Assembly (NCBI GenBank): GCA_016719485.1
Contig: JADJZB010000006.1
Coordinates: forward strand, 27,375-91,374
From: Holophagales bacterium
GTDB taxonomy: Bacteria > Acidobacteriota > Thermoanaerobaculia > UBA5066
Length of the DNA stretch: 64,000 bases
Direction of reading: 5' to 3'
Position numbers and translations under genes: made by a program. Positions 23,305 to 31,025 of this stretch are shown in pieces. Positions within the stretch are counted from its first letter, which is position 1; the number at the start of each line of letters is the position of its first letter. The notes below the pieces were generated by a model. That model did no database searches. It saw only the letters and a program-made list of their open reading frames with translations, and had not been told where the DNA came from.

Positions 23305-25802
23305 GGCGAGGACCCGGCGGGAATCGCCCTGGCACCGATCTCTTCTTCTCCGCGTGTTGAGTCAGGGCCAGAGGTTTCGGCCACTCTGTACCCGATCTCT
23401 CGGTAGCCGCGCATCCTGCGTTCGAACATACGGGCGAGGACCGGAACCTGGCGGTCGACGTAGTCGACGATGCGGGCTTCAGTCTTCCCCGGGAGCGGGC
23501 GGTGGAGCCGACCAGCGTACTGGACGAGCGTGCCCCTCCAGGAAATCGGCATGGCGAGGAACAGCGTGTCGAGCCGCGCGTCGTCGAAGCCTTCGCCGAC
23601 GTAACGGCCGGTCGCCATGAGGAGACGCGGTTCATCCGGCGGAATGGCGCGAAGCCTTGCCATCGACTCTCGCCGTTGCTTTGCCCCGGTTCCACCGCGG
23701 AGTACGACGACGTGCGGGCAGGCCGCGGCAAGGCGGGCGGCGAGAAGGTCCAGATGATCTCGGCGTTCCGTGAGGACGAGTGGTGTGCGTCCCTCGCCGA
23801 GCGCGAGCGTCACGTCGCGAACGATGGCGTCGTTTCTCGCTTCGTCCCGGGCCAGCGCACCGTAGAGGCTCTGGATGGAAGGATCGGTGTCCTGTGCGGA
23901 AGAAGTGAACGACGTTTCGCGAACGACCAGGGTCTTCGTCAGTGAGTCCGCCGACTCAGCCGGCTTGCGGCCCACGTCGAACCGGACGGGCCCGATCTGC
24001 ATGTGGAGGATCGGCTGGTGGCCGTCCCGACGCTTGGCCGTGGCCGTCAGCCCCACGACGAACTTCGCCCGGATTCCCGAGAGCACTCGTTCGAACGAGA
24101 CGGCCGGGATGTGGTGACACTCGTCCACGATGACGTGGCCGTAGCCGCCGACGATCTCGTCGATCTCGTCGCCCCGGACGAGGCTCTGGATCATGGCGAC
24201 GTCCAGGTGCCCGTTCGGCTTTCGGACGCCCCCTCCGACTCGACCGATCTCTCTCGGATCGACGCCGAGGTGCAGGGACAGCTGCTCCACCCACTGGTCC
24301 AGGAGCGGCTGGCGGTGGACGAGTACGACCGCCGAGCGGGCCCGGGCGGCGATCAGGTACGAGCCGACGACCGTCTTCCCCGATCCCGGCGGGGCCACGA
24401 AGACTCCGGTGTCGTGGGCCAGCAGCATCTGGGCTGCCTCCTCCTGCCGGGGAGTGAGGCTGCTGGCGAACGACACGTCGAGCATCGGCCCTTGGTGGCG
24501 CTCGTCCTCGAGGTCCAGCCTCACGGCGTGCCCGCCGAGAAGGGGGCGGAGGTCATCGAGGCAGCCTCTCGGCAGCGAGACGTGGCGAGGGTGATCCTCC
24601 GCACAGCTGATCACACGAGGCGTGAGTGCCGTCGAGAGGCGCAGTCCCTGCTTCTTGAAGAACTCCGGATTCTGGAAAGCGGCAAGACGCTTGATCTGGT
24701 TGAGCAGCGGGGAGGGGAGCCCCTCCTTCGCGACGAAGAGCCGGTTTGCGAGGACGGCGCGAACTTCAGTCGGGAGCGGTCCGAGGAGAAGGCGAGCGGT
24801 CGATCGCCGGGACGGCGTCTGGCGCCACGGCCGAGCGGCATCCTCATCCTCCCCGTCCTCGGTGGTCCGGACTCCGACGACCAGCCCTTTCCTCGCGGCC
24901 TCCGAGGCAATCGTCTCCACGTAGTCCCGGCTCATCCGATTGACCCCGAGGAGGTATGCCCACTGGTCCGGGTGGGGCTCGAGGTTCGCGTCGAGAAAGA
25001 CTGTGTTTCCCTGAGTGCGGGGATGGCGCTGGAGCGGAAGGGCGATCAGGTTGCCGAATCCGCCCCGGGGCATCGTGTCCTGGCTCGGGAAGAGGCGGTC
25101 GTACGACGCCATGCTCAGCTCGTGCCTGCGGGACATCGTCTCGGTGATCAGGAACGAGGCCATCCGCCGGGCTGCGGAGGCGGGGACGGGCGCAGAGAAG
25201 AAGAGCCAGGCATGGGCCCCGTTGCCGGACCGCGACCGTTCGACGGCAATCGGAACTCCCAGCTCTCCGCACGTGGCGGCGAAGGCCGAAACATCGGCAG
25301 CCCATTCGGCCTCGTCGAAATCGGCGGCGACAAACCAGCAGGTCTCGTCGGCGAGCAGGGGATAGCAGCCGATCACGTGACGACCCTGGAGGTGATCGAG
25401 GAGCACCTGGTCGGACATCGGGAGAAAGGCCTGGCTCGGGCAGTCGCCACAACGGACGCGCGGCTTCTCGCAGACTCCTCGCACCCAGTCGTTCCGGCAA
25501 GTTGGGGAGTACCCCTTCTTGCCCGTCTTCGGGCTGACCCAGAGCTTGGGGAACACGTCCTCCCGGCCACGGAAGAGACTCCGGAAGAGGCCAACCTTCT
25601 CTTGCGCGTTCAGCCGACCGGCGGGAGCCGGCGTCGCGACGATGGTGCGGCCTTCGCTGTCATCCTCTGCGCGAAGGGCGTTCCGGAGGTCCTCGACTTG
25701 CTTCTCGAGTGCGTCCCGGCGTCTGCCGAGGTCGGCGATCTCCGCTTCTGCGGCCTCGATGGCAATGGTGAGAGCTGCCCGTCGGTGACCGCGGGCGTTC
25801 AT
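23301..25802 (-). CDS. archaeo-eukaryotic primase-polymerase (Prim-Pol) domain fused to SF2 DExH helicase
   Basis: real start MNARGHRRAAL at 25802 overlapping upstream stop; N-terminal Cys cluster CRNDWVRGVCEKPRVRCGDC, AEP motifs VAADFDEAE and RSRSGNGAHAWLFF; helicase Walker A APPGSGKT, DECH box VIVDECHH, TAT GLTATAKRRDG, motif VI VQYAGRLHR. Confidence 0.75.
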   Translation of the reverse strand: MNARGHRRAALTIAIEAAEAEIADLGRRRDALEKQVEDLRNALRAEDDSEGRTIVATPAPAGRLNAQEKVGLFRSLFRGREDVFPKLWVSPKTGKKGYSPTCRNDWVRGVCEKPRVRCGDCPSQAFLPMSDQVLLDHLQGRHVIGCYPLLADETCWFVAADFDEAEWAADVSAFAATCGELGVPIAVERSRSGNGAHAWLFFSAPVPASAARRMASFLITETMSRRHELSMASYDRLFPSQDTMPRGGFGNLIALPLQRHPRTQGNTVFLDANLEPHPDQWAYLLGVNRMSRDYVETIASEAARKGLVVGVRTTEDGEDEDAARPWRQTPSRRSTARLLLGPLPTEVRAVLANRLFVAKEGLPSPLLNQIKRLAAFQNPEFFKKQGLRLSTALTPRVISCAEDHPRHVSLPRGCLDDLRPLLGGHAVRLDLEDERHQGPMLDVSFASSLTPRQEEAAQMLLAHDTGVFVAPPGSGKTVVGSYLIAARARSAVVLVHRQPLLDQWVEQLSLHLGVDPREIGRVGGGVRKPNGHLDVAMIQSLVRGDEIDEIVGGYGHVIVDECHHIPAVSFERVLSGIRAKFVVGLTATAKRRDGHQPILHMQIGPVRFDVGRKPAESADSLTKTLVVRETSFTSSAQDTDPSIQSLYGALARDEARNDAIVRDVTLALGEGRTPLVLTERRDHLDLLAARLAAACPHVVVLRGGTGAKQRRESMARLRAIPPDEPRLLMATGRYVGEGFDDARLDTLFLAMPISWRGTLVQYAGRLHRPLPGKTEARIVDYVDRQVPVLARMFERRMRGYREIGYRVAETSGPDSTRGEEEIGARAIPAGSSP

Positions 25803-26293
25803 CCGGCGACGTCTTCTCCCGCCAGTGAGAGGACGCGTTTTCGAATGTCGGGCGACATCCACATCCCGGAGGCAGCGAGAAGGTCCACGAGCGGAGCTAC
25901 GGAAGGGACGAGGCGAGCCTTCTTGGCCTCGAGCAGGACACGGAGGGTGCCCCAGGTGGTCAGGCCGGCGGCGCGGGCCGTCCGCCGCGCGAGCGCATCG
26001 TCGAGAAGGAGGATTCGCTGAGGGTTTTCGAGGGCGAGCGCCATCGCGGCGAGCTCTCCGGCTCCGAGATCGAGAGTCAGCCACTCGGAGGGGGTCGATT
26101 TCGGGTCGACGGTCTCCAGCCAGGCCAGGTTGTCCGTGTCTGGCACCTCGAACCCGAGTGCCCGCCCTTCGCCGAGCTCCCTCAGGACCGCCGACGGAAC
26201 CCAGACCGACCCGAAGAGCTGGTCAAGCCAGCCGAGAGCTCCGATCCGACCCAGGTAGAGAAGGGGAGAGGTGTTAGTGATCGAGCCTGGCAT
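25799..26293 (-). CDS. DUF3368-type PIN-like nuclease domain protein (putative toxin)
   Basis: MPGSITNTSPLLYLGRIGALGWLDQLFGSVWVPSAVLRELG pattern typical of DUF3368; overlaps upstream ORF by 20 nt and the downstream primase-helicase by ATGA. Confidence 0.55.
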   Translation of the reverse strand: MPGSITNTSPLLYLGRIGALGWLDQLFGSVWVPSAVLRELGEGRALGFEVPDTDNLAWLETVDPKSTPSEWLTLDLGAGELAAMALALENPQRILLLDDALARRTARAAGLTTWGTLRVLLEAKKARLVPSVAPLVDLLAASGMWMSPDIRKRVLSLAGEDVAG

Positions 26294-26534
26294 CGCCTTC
26301 GAGCTCGGTAAGCTCGGCTTCCAGCGGGAACGTCTTGTAGCGCTTCAGCTCGTAGAGGAACTCGACCCGGCCCATTCCAGCGAGCTCTGCCGCTCGGCCC
26401 GAGGAGAGCCTGCCCAGTTCATAGAGCTTGACCGCCGCGAGGACCTGCAGCTCCCTCGCGAAAGACACCTCGTCGGTCTTCTCGGATAGAAGGACCTTTT
26501 CCGGAACCGCGACAACTACCGACCGTGACGCCAT
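26274..26534 (-). CDS. UPF0175-family antitoxin-like protein
   Basis: 86 aa, SFARELQVLAAVKLYELGRLSSGRAAELAGMGRVEFLYELKRY typical of UPF0175 partners of DUF3368. Confidence 0.5.
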   Translation of the reverse strand: MASRSVVVAVPEKVLLSEKTDEVSFARELQVLAAVKLYELGRLSSGRAAELAGMGRVEFLYELKRYKTFPLEAELTELEGDARLDH

Positions 26535-26648
26535 CTCTTTGGACTCCCATGGCGATTGTCTCTCAAGAGCGCTGCCCGATCCTGTCGGATCCTTCCCGCG
26601 GGGGGCCGAACGCAGGTTTCAGAAGCGTCGTTCATTGAGAGCCTCAAG

Positions 26649-26805
26649 GTATCTACTTTCGTTGTCCGATGCCGTCTGCGGATAGTCCGGGCGGCATCTC
26701 ACCCAAGCGTAAATTCATGATATATGGCCAGTTACAGCTGTCAGTGGACGGAGGTGTCGCATGGGGTTCAAGGGGTCGCGAGTTCGAATCTCGCCGTCCC
26801 GACCA
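26649..26805 (+). ncRNA. tRNA-3'-end-like structured RNA element, copy b (followed by intrinsic terminator)
   Basis: same 45-nt T-arm/acceptor/ACCA core as copy a plus ~110 nt of homologous upstream sequence; followed by gccgccggg-aa-cggcggc + TTTTT; canonical 5' acceptor strand not found by eye. Confidence 0.45.
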
Positions 26806-26825
26806 TTGATTCCAAAGGATTTAGA

Positions 26826-26851
26826 CGCCGCCGGGAACGGCGGCGTTTTTG
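26826..26851 (+). terminator. rho-independent terminator after tRNA-like element b
   Basis: gccgccggGAAcggcggc hairpin followed by gttttt. Confidence 0.6.
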
Positions 26852-26858
26852 CGCCTGT

Positions 26859-27560
26859 CTACTTCTCTCTGACCGACCTCGTCACCTGACCCGTCCCTGC
26901 GAGGGCGCGAAGTCGCTGAAGCAGGATCGGCACCCGCGCCTGGCTTCCGCTATCCGACGGGAGATGACCCGGAAGCGCCGAGAGGAAACGCTCCTCGGTC
27001 AAGAACCTCCCGAGTTCGATGCCGAGAAACGAGCGAAGGTCATCGGACGAGGCCGAGACCTCCTCCACGATCCCGTCGCGGCCGTCGACGACGCTGACGA
27101 AGTCCTCGAGGTCGTGGCTGGAGGCGTAGTCGCCTCGCCCCCTTCCCAGGAACGCCTCCAGCTTGGTGGCCAGGAAGGCCGGCGGCGAGACCACCGCGAT
27201 CTCGACGCCGCTCGGAAGCCGGACGGTCCGCTGCGTTCGCAGCGCTTCCGGGTACCAGCGGTTTGCGAAGCCGAGCACCGAAGGATCGATCGGCATGACG
27301 TCGAGGAGAGTCTCGCCGAAGGTCCATCGGCAGATCGGAGCCCCAGCGCTCTGATCGTGGCGGAATCCGCGCTCCGTCATCTCCCTCTCGAGCGCGAAGT
27401 ACGCGGACCGGTCTGGTGTCTCGACGATCACGTCGACGTCCCGCGTAGCTCGGATCGGCGCGGCGGCAGGATCCGTGATCAGGAGTCCCGTGGCACACCC
27501 CCCGAGGAAGACCATGCTGTGGCGCAGGGGCCCGAGGGCCTCGGCGATACGCTCGAGCAT
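26859..27560 (-). CDS. nucleotidyltransferase-fold protein (AbiEii/DUF1814-like putative toxin)
   Basis: real start MLERIAEALGP at 27560 (upstream ORF part is GC junk); FLGGCATGLL, DVDVIVETPD motifs of minimal nucleotidyltransferase; preceded by wHTH gene. Confidence 0.5.
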   Translation of the reverse strand: MLERIAEALGPLRHSMVFLGGCATGLLITDPAAAPIRATRDVDVIVETPDRSAYFALEREMTERGFRHDQSAGAPICRWTFGETLLDVMPIDPSVLGFANRWYPEALRTQRTVRLPSGVEIAVVSPPAFLATKLEAFLGRGRGDYASSHDLEDFVSVVDGRDGIVEEVSASSDDLRSFLGIELGRFLTEERFLSALPGHLPSDSGSQARVPILLQRLRALAGTGQVTRSVREK

Positions 27561-27580
27561 GGCGAGGTTGGGGTCCGGGG

Positions 27581-28093
27581 TCACCTCAGCCGCTCCTCGA
27601 GGAGTCGCGTGGCCATCTCGCGCTCGCGAGCACGTCCTGCCCGCAGGGCATCGAACAGAGCGAGAAGCTCGTACAAGGCGGGGTCTTCCAGCGCGGCGCC
27701 CGGTGCGGAAGGAATGAGCGGCGCGAGGCTCGGTCCACGCGCGGTGCCGTTCGGGTGAGGCCAGACGGGAGGCGGTTCGGAGGCGTCCGCGAGGAGTTCC
27801 TTCAGCGGCGAGGCGGCGTGCGCGGTCGGGATTCCCCTCGCCAACTCGCCCCGAAACGCCGGGAAGGAGTACTTCGCTCCGTGGACGAGAAACTCCCGGA
27901 GCGCCTCGGCCCGGGGTCTGACGCGCAGTCCTCCTGGCGGCAGCAGGCCGGCCGCGACCGCCCGCTTCACCGCGCCGTGAGCCTCCGACACGCTCATCCC
28001 CAGGGACCGGGCGAGGAGCGGGTAGGTCCAAGCCTGGTCGCGTCCGACCCAGAGCTTGAGAGCGACGAGGAGATCCTGCGGTTTCAGGGCCAT
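27581..28093 (-). CDS. winged-HTH transcriptional regulator (AbiEi-like putative antitoxin)
   Basis: MALKPQDLLVALKLWVGRDQAWTYPLLARSLGMSVSEAHGAVKRAVAAGLL wHTH; immediately upstream of nucleotidyltransferase gene. Confidence 0.4.
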   Translation of the reverse strand: MALKPQDLLVALKLWVGRDQAWTYPLLARSLGMSVSEAHGAVKRAVAAGLLPPGGLRVRPRAEALREFLVHGAKYSFPAFRGELARGIPTAHAASPLKELLADASEPPPVWPHPNGTARGPSLAPLIPSAPGAALEDPALYELLALFDALRAGRAREREMATRLLEERLR

Positions 28094-28452
28094 GGAGGGA
28101 GTGTATTCGTGATTCGCGAAACGCGAAAGGGCGAGAACTCGAACCGGTTCTATTGGCCCGTCGCGAGGCCGCGTCTCGCAGGAACCCGATGCGATCCTCA
28201 CGACCCTCGCCGCCAGTGTCGATACGCCTCAATCCACACCGCCCCGCCGGGAGGAAGATCGGGGAGACTCGGTGAGCCTTGTGTACGAAACGTCGGGGAT
28301 CGCAGGCGGAAGTCAACAGTTTGTTCTTCGCCGGGAACCACCCGAGAACGAACGGCGAATCGGAGGTGCTGCGAGGCGAGGAGGTGTCCACACTACTGTC
28401 CAAAACGGCCGGACCCATCGGGCTCCCGGCGTCGAAAGCGCTCCTTTTCCCC

Positions 28453-28497
28453 ATGGGGTTCAAGGGGTCGCGGGTTCGAATCTCGCCGTCCCGACCA
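28453..28497 (+). repeat. tRNA-3'-end-like core, copy c (one substitution: gcggg instead of gcgag in T-stem)
   Basis: atggggttcaaggggtcgcgggttcgaatctcgccgtcccgacca; no upstream homology to copies a/b. Confidence 0.55.
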
Positions 28498-28608
28498 CTC
28501 TGATCGCCGAGACGGAAGCCGCGGACGACCTCCACGGCGTCGAGCTTTTCGCGCGTCGACCAAGCCTCGTCTTGACGAAGCCGTTGGCCGCGCCGACCGG
28601 TTGAGGCG

Positions 28609-28953
28609 TCAGTCGAGGGAGTCGCGAAGCCGACGAAGTCGCGACGCGAGAACGGGCAGGTCGCTGACGACGATCATCCAGACGAGCTCGAGGTCCACCG
28701 CGAAGTACCCGTGGACGACCCGGTTCCTGAGGCCGACGACCCGCGGCCATTCCAGGTCCGGTGTGCTTGCCCTGAACTCATCCGGCACGTGAGCGGCTGC
28801 TTCTCCGAGAATCTCGAGGTTCCTCACGACGGCGTCGGAGGTCTTCTCGTCGGCGAGGAATGCGGGCTGGTCCATTCTCGCGACATACCGCTCGATCCGC
28901 TCCGTCGCCTCGAGCATGTCGTCGAGCAGGAGGCGGACGGAGCGTCTAGACAT
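28609..28953 (-). CDS. hepT: HepT-like (DUF86/HEPN) RNase toxin
   Basis: HEPN Rx4-6H-type motif region RNRVVHGYF, DUF86 pattern VRNLEILGEAA; overlaps mntA by 8 nt. Confidence 0.65.
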   Translation of the reverse strand: MSRRSVRLLLDDMLEATERIERYVARMDQPAFLADEKTSDAVVRNLEILGEAAAHVPDEFRASTPDLEWPRVVGLRNRVVHGYFAVDLELVWMIVVSDLPVLASRLRRLRDSLD

Positions 28954-29239
28954 GAAGAGCTTCGAGCCGGATAGCGTCCATGTGACGTGGACGCAGCGCC
29001 CGCGTTGAGATGAGGTCGACCGGTCGGCCGAGGGCCTCTTCGAGCTTGTCGGCGAGCGTGACGAAATCGAGTCCGATCGCGGGATCTACTTCGACGAGGA
29101 TGTCGATGTCGCTTCGGTCGGTCTCGTCGCCCCGCGCGAACGAGCCGAAGAGGGCCAGGTCGCGCACGCCGAAGCGACGTCCGAGGTCGGGCTTCATTGC
29201 CCGGAGGGTCGAGATGATCTCCTCGCGGGATCGAACCAT
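28946..29239 (-). CDS. mntA: MntA-type minimal nucleotidyltransferase antitoxin
   Basis: LALFGSFARGDETDRSDIDILVEV (GSxxRGxxxxxSDxD) nucleotidyltransferase motif; 97 aa. Confidence 0.65.
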   Translation of the reverse strand: MVRSREEIISTLRAMKPDLGRRFGVRDLALFGSFARGDETDRSDIDILVEVDPAIGLDFVTLADKLEEALGRPVDLISTRALRPRHMDAIRLEALHV

Positions 29240-29255
29240 GGCGAGGCGAGTCTAG

Positions 29256-29393
29256 CCGGAAGCCGGGAAACGGGGTCGAAGCCAGTGTTGCGAGAGGCAC
29301 TCTCGTCTGACCGTGGCGTTGAAGGACTCGGCGAAGGCGTTGTCCACCGGCTTGCCAGGCCGTCGCGGAAGGCGGCGGACGAGAGGCCCGCCC
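29256..29393 (-). mobile_element. IS3-family transposase (rve/OrfB) C-terminal remnant
   Basis: minus-strand translation ...PGKPVDNAFAESFNATVRRECLSQHWLRPRF... matches the conserved GKPxDNAxxESFNgtLKrEcl motif of IS3 OrfB; no start, truncated after ~45 aa. Confidence 0.55.
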
Positions 29394-29425
29394 GCCCGTT
29401 CGGGACGGCCGTCGCGTGAGCGAGC

Positions 29426-30343
29426 TCAGCCGAGGAGCAGCCGGACGAGGTGGTAGTAGACGGGCGCCGACAGGAGGAGCGAGTCGACCCGGTCGAGCAT
29501 CCCGCCGTGCCCGGGCAGGAGCGCGCTCCAGTCCTTGAGGCCCAGGTCTCTCTTCACGGACGAGAGGAGGAGGCCGCCCGCAACCCCGAGGAGGTAGACC
29601 ACCAGTGCGAGCGCCGCACCCTGGCGCCAGGTGAAGGGAGTCGAGCCGTGGAGCAGCACGCCGAGGCCGACGGCGAAGAGAAGCCCTCCTGCGAAACCTT
29701 CCCACGTCTTGGACGGAGAGCGGGCGGAGAGCGGGTGCCGGCCCAGGAGGCGGCCGGAGACGTACTGGGCCACGTCGCTCGACTGGACCACAAGAAGCAG
29801 GAAGCCGGCGAGGAGCGGGCCCGAGGCGGGAGCGGCCTGCGGCCGGAGGTACCAGAGCGCGGCGACGTGGGGAAGGCCCCAGAGAGTGCCCAGCAGCGCG
29901 AGGTGAAAGTGCAAAGCGCGCCGTCTCGCGTCGCCCGGCGGCGAGGATGCCCACGCCGCCAGGACGAGGCCGAGGCCGGCGAGTCCGATGACCGGCGAGA
30001 CGAGCCAGTAGCCGGAATACGGCACGAGCGCGAACAAGAGAGGCAGTGCCCCGTAGAAAAGGACGGACATCGAGGTGTAATCCCGGACACTCGAGATTCC
30101 CCGCCTCGAGAGGAGTTCCCGGAGACCTTGCGCGGCAACCACGGCGAAAAGGAAGAGGGCGCCGGGCGGTCCCGCGAAGTAGGCCGCAGCGAGGACGCCG
30201 AGGATCCAGGCCCAGCCGACGGCCCGGTCCACGAGGTTGCGGCCCGTGGCGTTCCCGGGCCCGAGCCGTCGGCGGATCAGGAGCACGACGGCGGTGCCGA
30301 GCGCCAGCGCGCCGGCGACCCACGTCCAGAGGCGCCAGACCTC
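29426..30343 (-). CDS. cdsA: phosphatidate cytidylyltransferase (CDP-diacylglycerol synthase)
   Basis: C-terminal signature KTWEGFAGG...GHGGMLDRVDS; 8-9 TM; start uncertain (no ATG/GTG near first TM; may use CTG or overlap plsC-like stop at 30346). Confidence 0.65.
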   Translation of the reverse strand, partial: EVWRLWTWVAGALALGTAVVLLIRRRLGPGNATGRNLVDRAVGWAWILGVLAAAYFAGPPGALFLFAVVAAQGLRELLSRRGISSVRDYTSMSVLFYGALPLLFALVPYSGYWLVSPVIGLAGLGLVLAAWASSPPGDARRRALHFHLALLGTLWGLPHVAALWYLRPQAAPASGPLLAGFLLLVVQSSDVAQYVSGRLLGRHPLSARSPSKTWEGFAGGLLFAVGLGVLLHGSTPFTWRQGAALALVVYLLGVAGGLLLSSVKRDLGLKDWSALLPGHGGMLDRVDSLLLSAPVYYHLVRLLLG

Positions 30344-30345
30344 GG

Positions 30346-30933
30346 TCAGGCCCGGCCTCCGGACGGGGACGAGGGTCGGAGGGCCAGGAGAGCTGCCCGG
30401 GCGCGTTCGAGGAAGTCCTCCTGGCTCTCTCCCGCAGCCGTCGCGAGGAGGGGACCGAAGAAGGCGCGGCAAAGAAGGGGTATCGGTAGGTACGCCCCTT
30501 TCGGCAGGCCCCGTCCCGGGTTCTCCAGCCAGACCGGCTGTATCTCGGCCCACGGGCACCGCCTGACGATGTGGTAGAGGCCGGGCCGGAACGGGAGAAG
30601 GCCGTTCCCGAGGTTCCGGGTCCCCTCCGGGAAGAGGAGCAGCGAGTCGCCGTTTCGAAGGGCGGCCTCCATGCGCTCCACCGCGTCCCCCGGCCCCCCG
30701 TTCGTCTGGCGTTCGACCAGGACCGCGTGGAAGACCCGTTTGGCGAGGTATCGCCGGACGGGGCCTGCCGTCCAGTAGTCGGCGGCGGCGACGGGTCGGA
30801 GCCTGGGTCTCTCCCGCGCTGGAATCGAGGACCAGACGAGCGCCGAGTCGGCGTGGCTGGCGTGGTTCACGTAGAAGACGCGCGGGCGGGCCGGGTCCCA
30901 GGGCACGCTCCAGGCGGTCTCCAGCGAGGTCAT
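30346..30933 (-). CDS. lysophospholipid (1-acyl-sn-glycerol-3-phosphate) acyltransferase family protein
   Basis: HX4D motif NHASHAD, FPEGTR block; ATG 30933 gives short N-terminus, gene may start further upstream on non-ATG codon. Confidence 0.6.
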   Translation of the reverse strand: MTSLETAWSVPWDPARPRVFYVNHASHADSALVWSSIPARERPRLRPVAAADYWTAGPVRRYLAKRVFHAVLVERQTNGGPGDAVERMEAALRNGDSLLLFPEGTRNLGNGLLPFRPGLYHIVRRCPWAEIQPVWLENPGRGLPKGAYLPIPLLCRAFFGPLLATAAGESQEDFLERARAALLALRPSSPSGGRA

Positions 30934-31025
30934 CGCCTTGCAGAACCCGGCCAGCGCGTGACCGCAGAGGCGGTCGAGGAGTGGGGGGCGGATCCCGGGA
31001 ATCGATCCTTCAGGAAAGGGAGGAC

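Noticed and set aside
22300-26806. tmRNA (ssrA) hypothesis for the tRNA-like elements
   Set aside because: Acceptor 3' strand CGUCCCG would require a 5' end starting with C rather than the universal GGGG. No tag-peptide reading frame ending in ALAA-stop was seen. A 350-nt gene would overlap the UPF0175 ORF. Left for ARAGORN to confirm.
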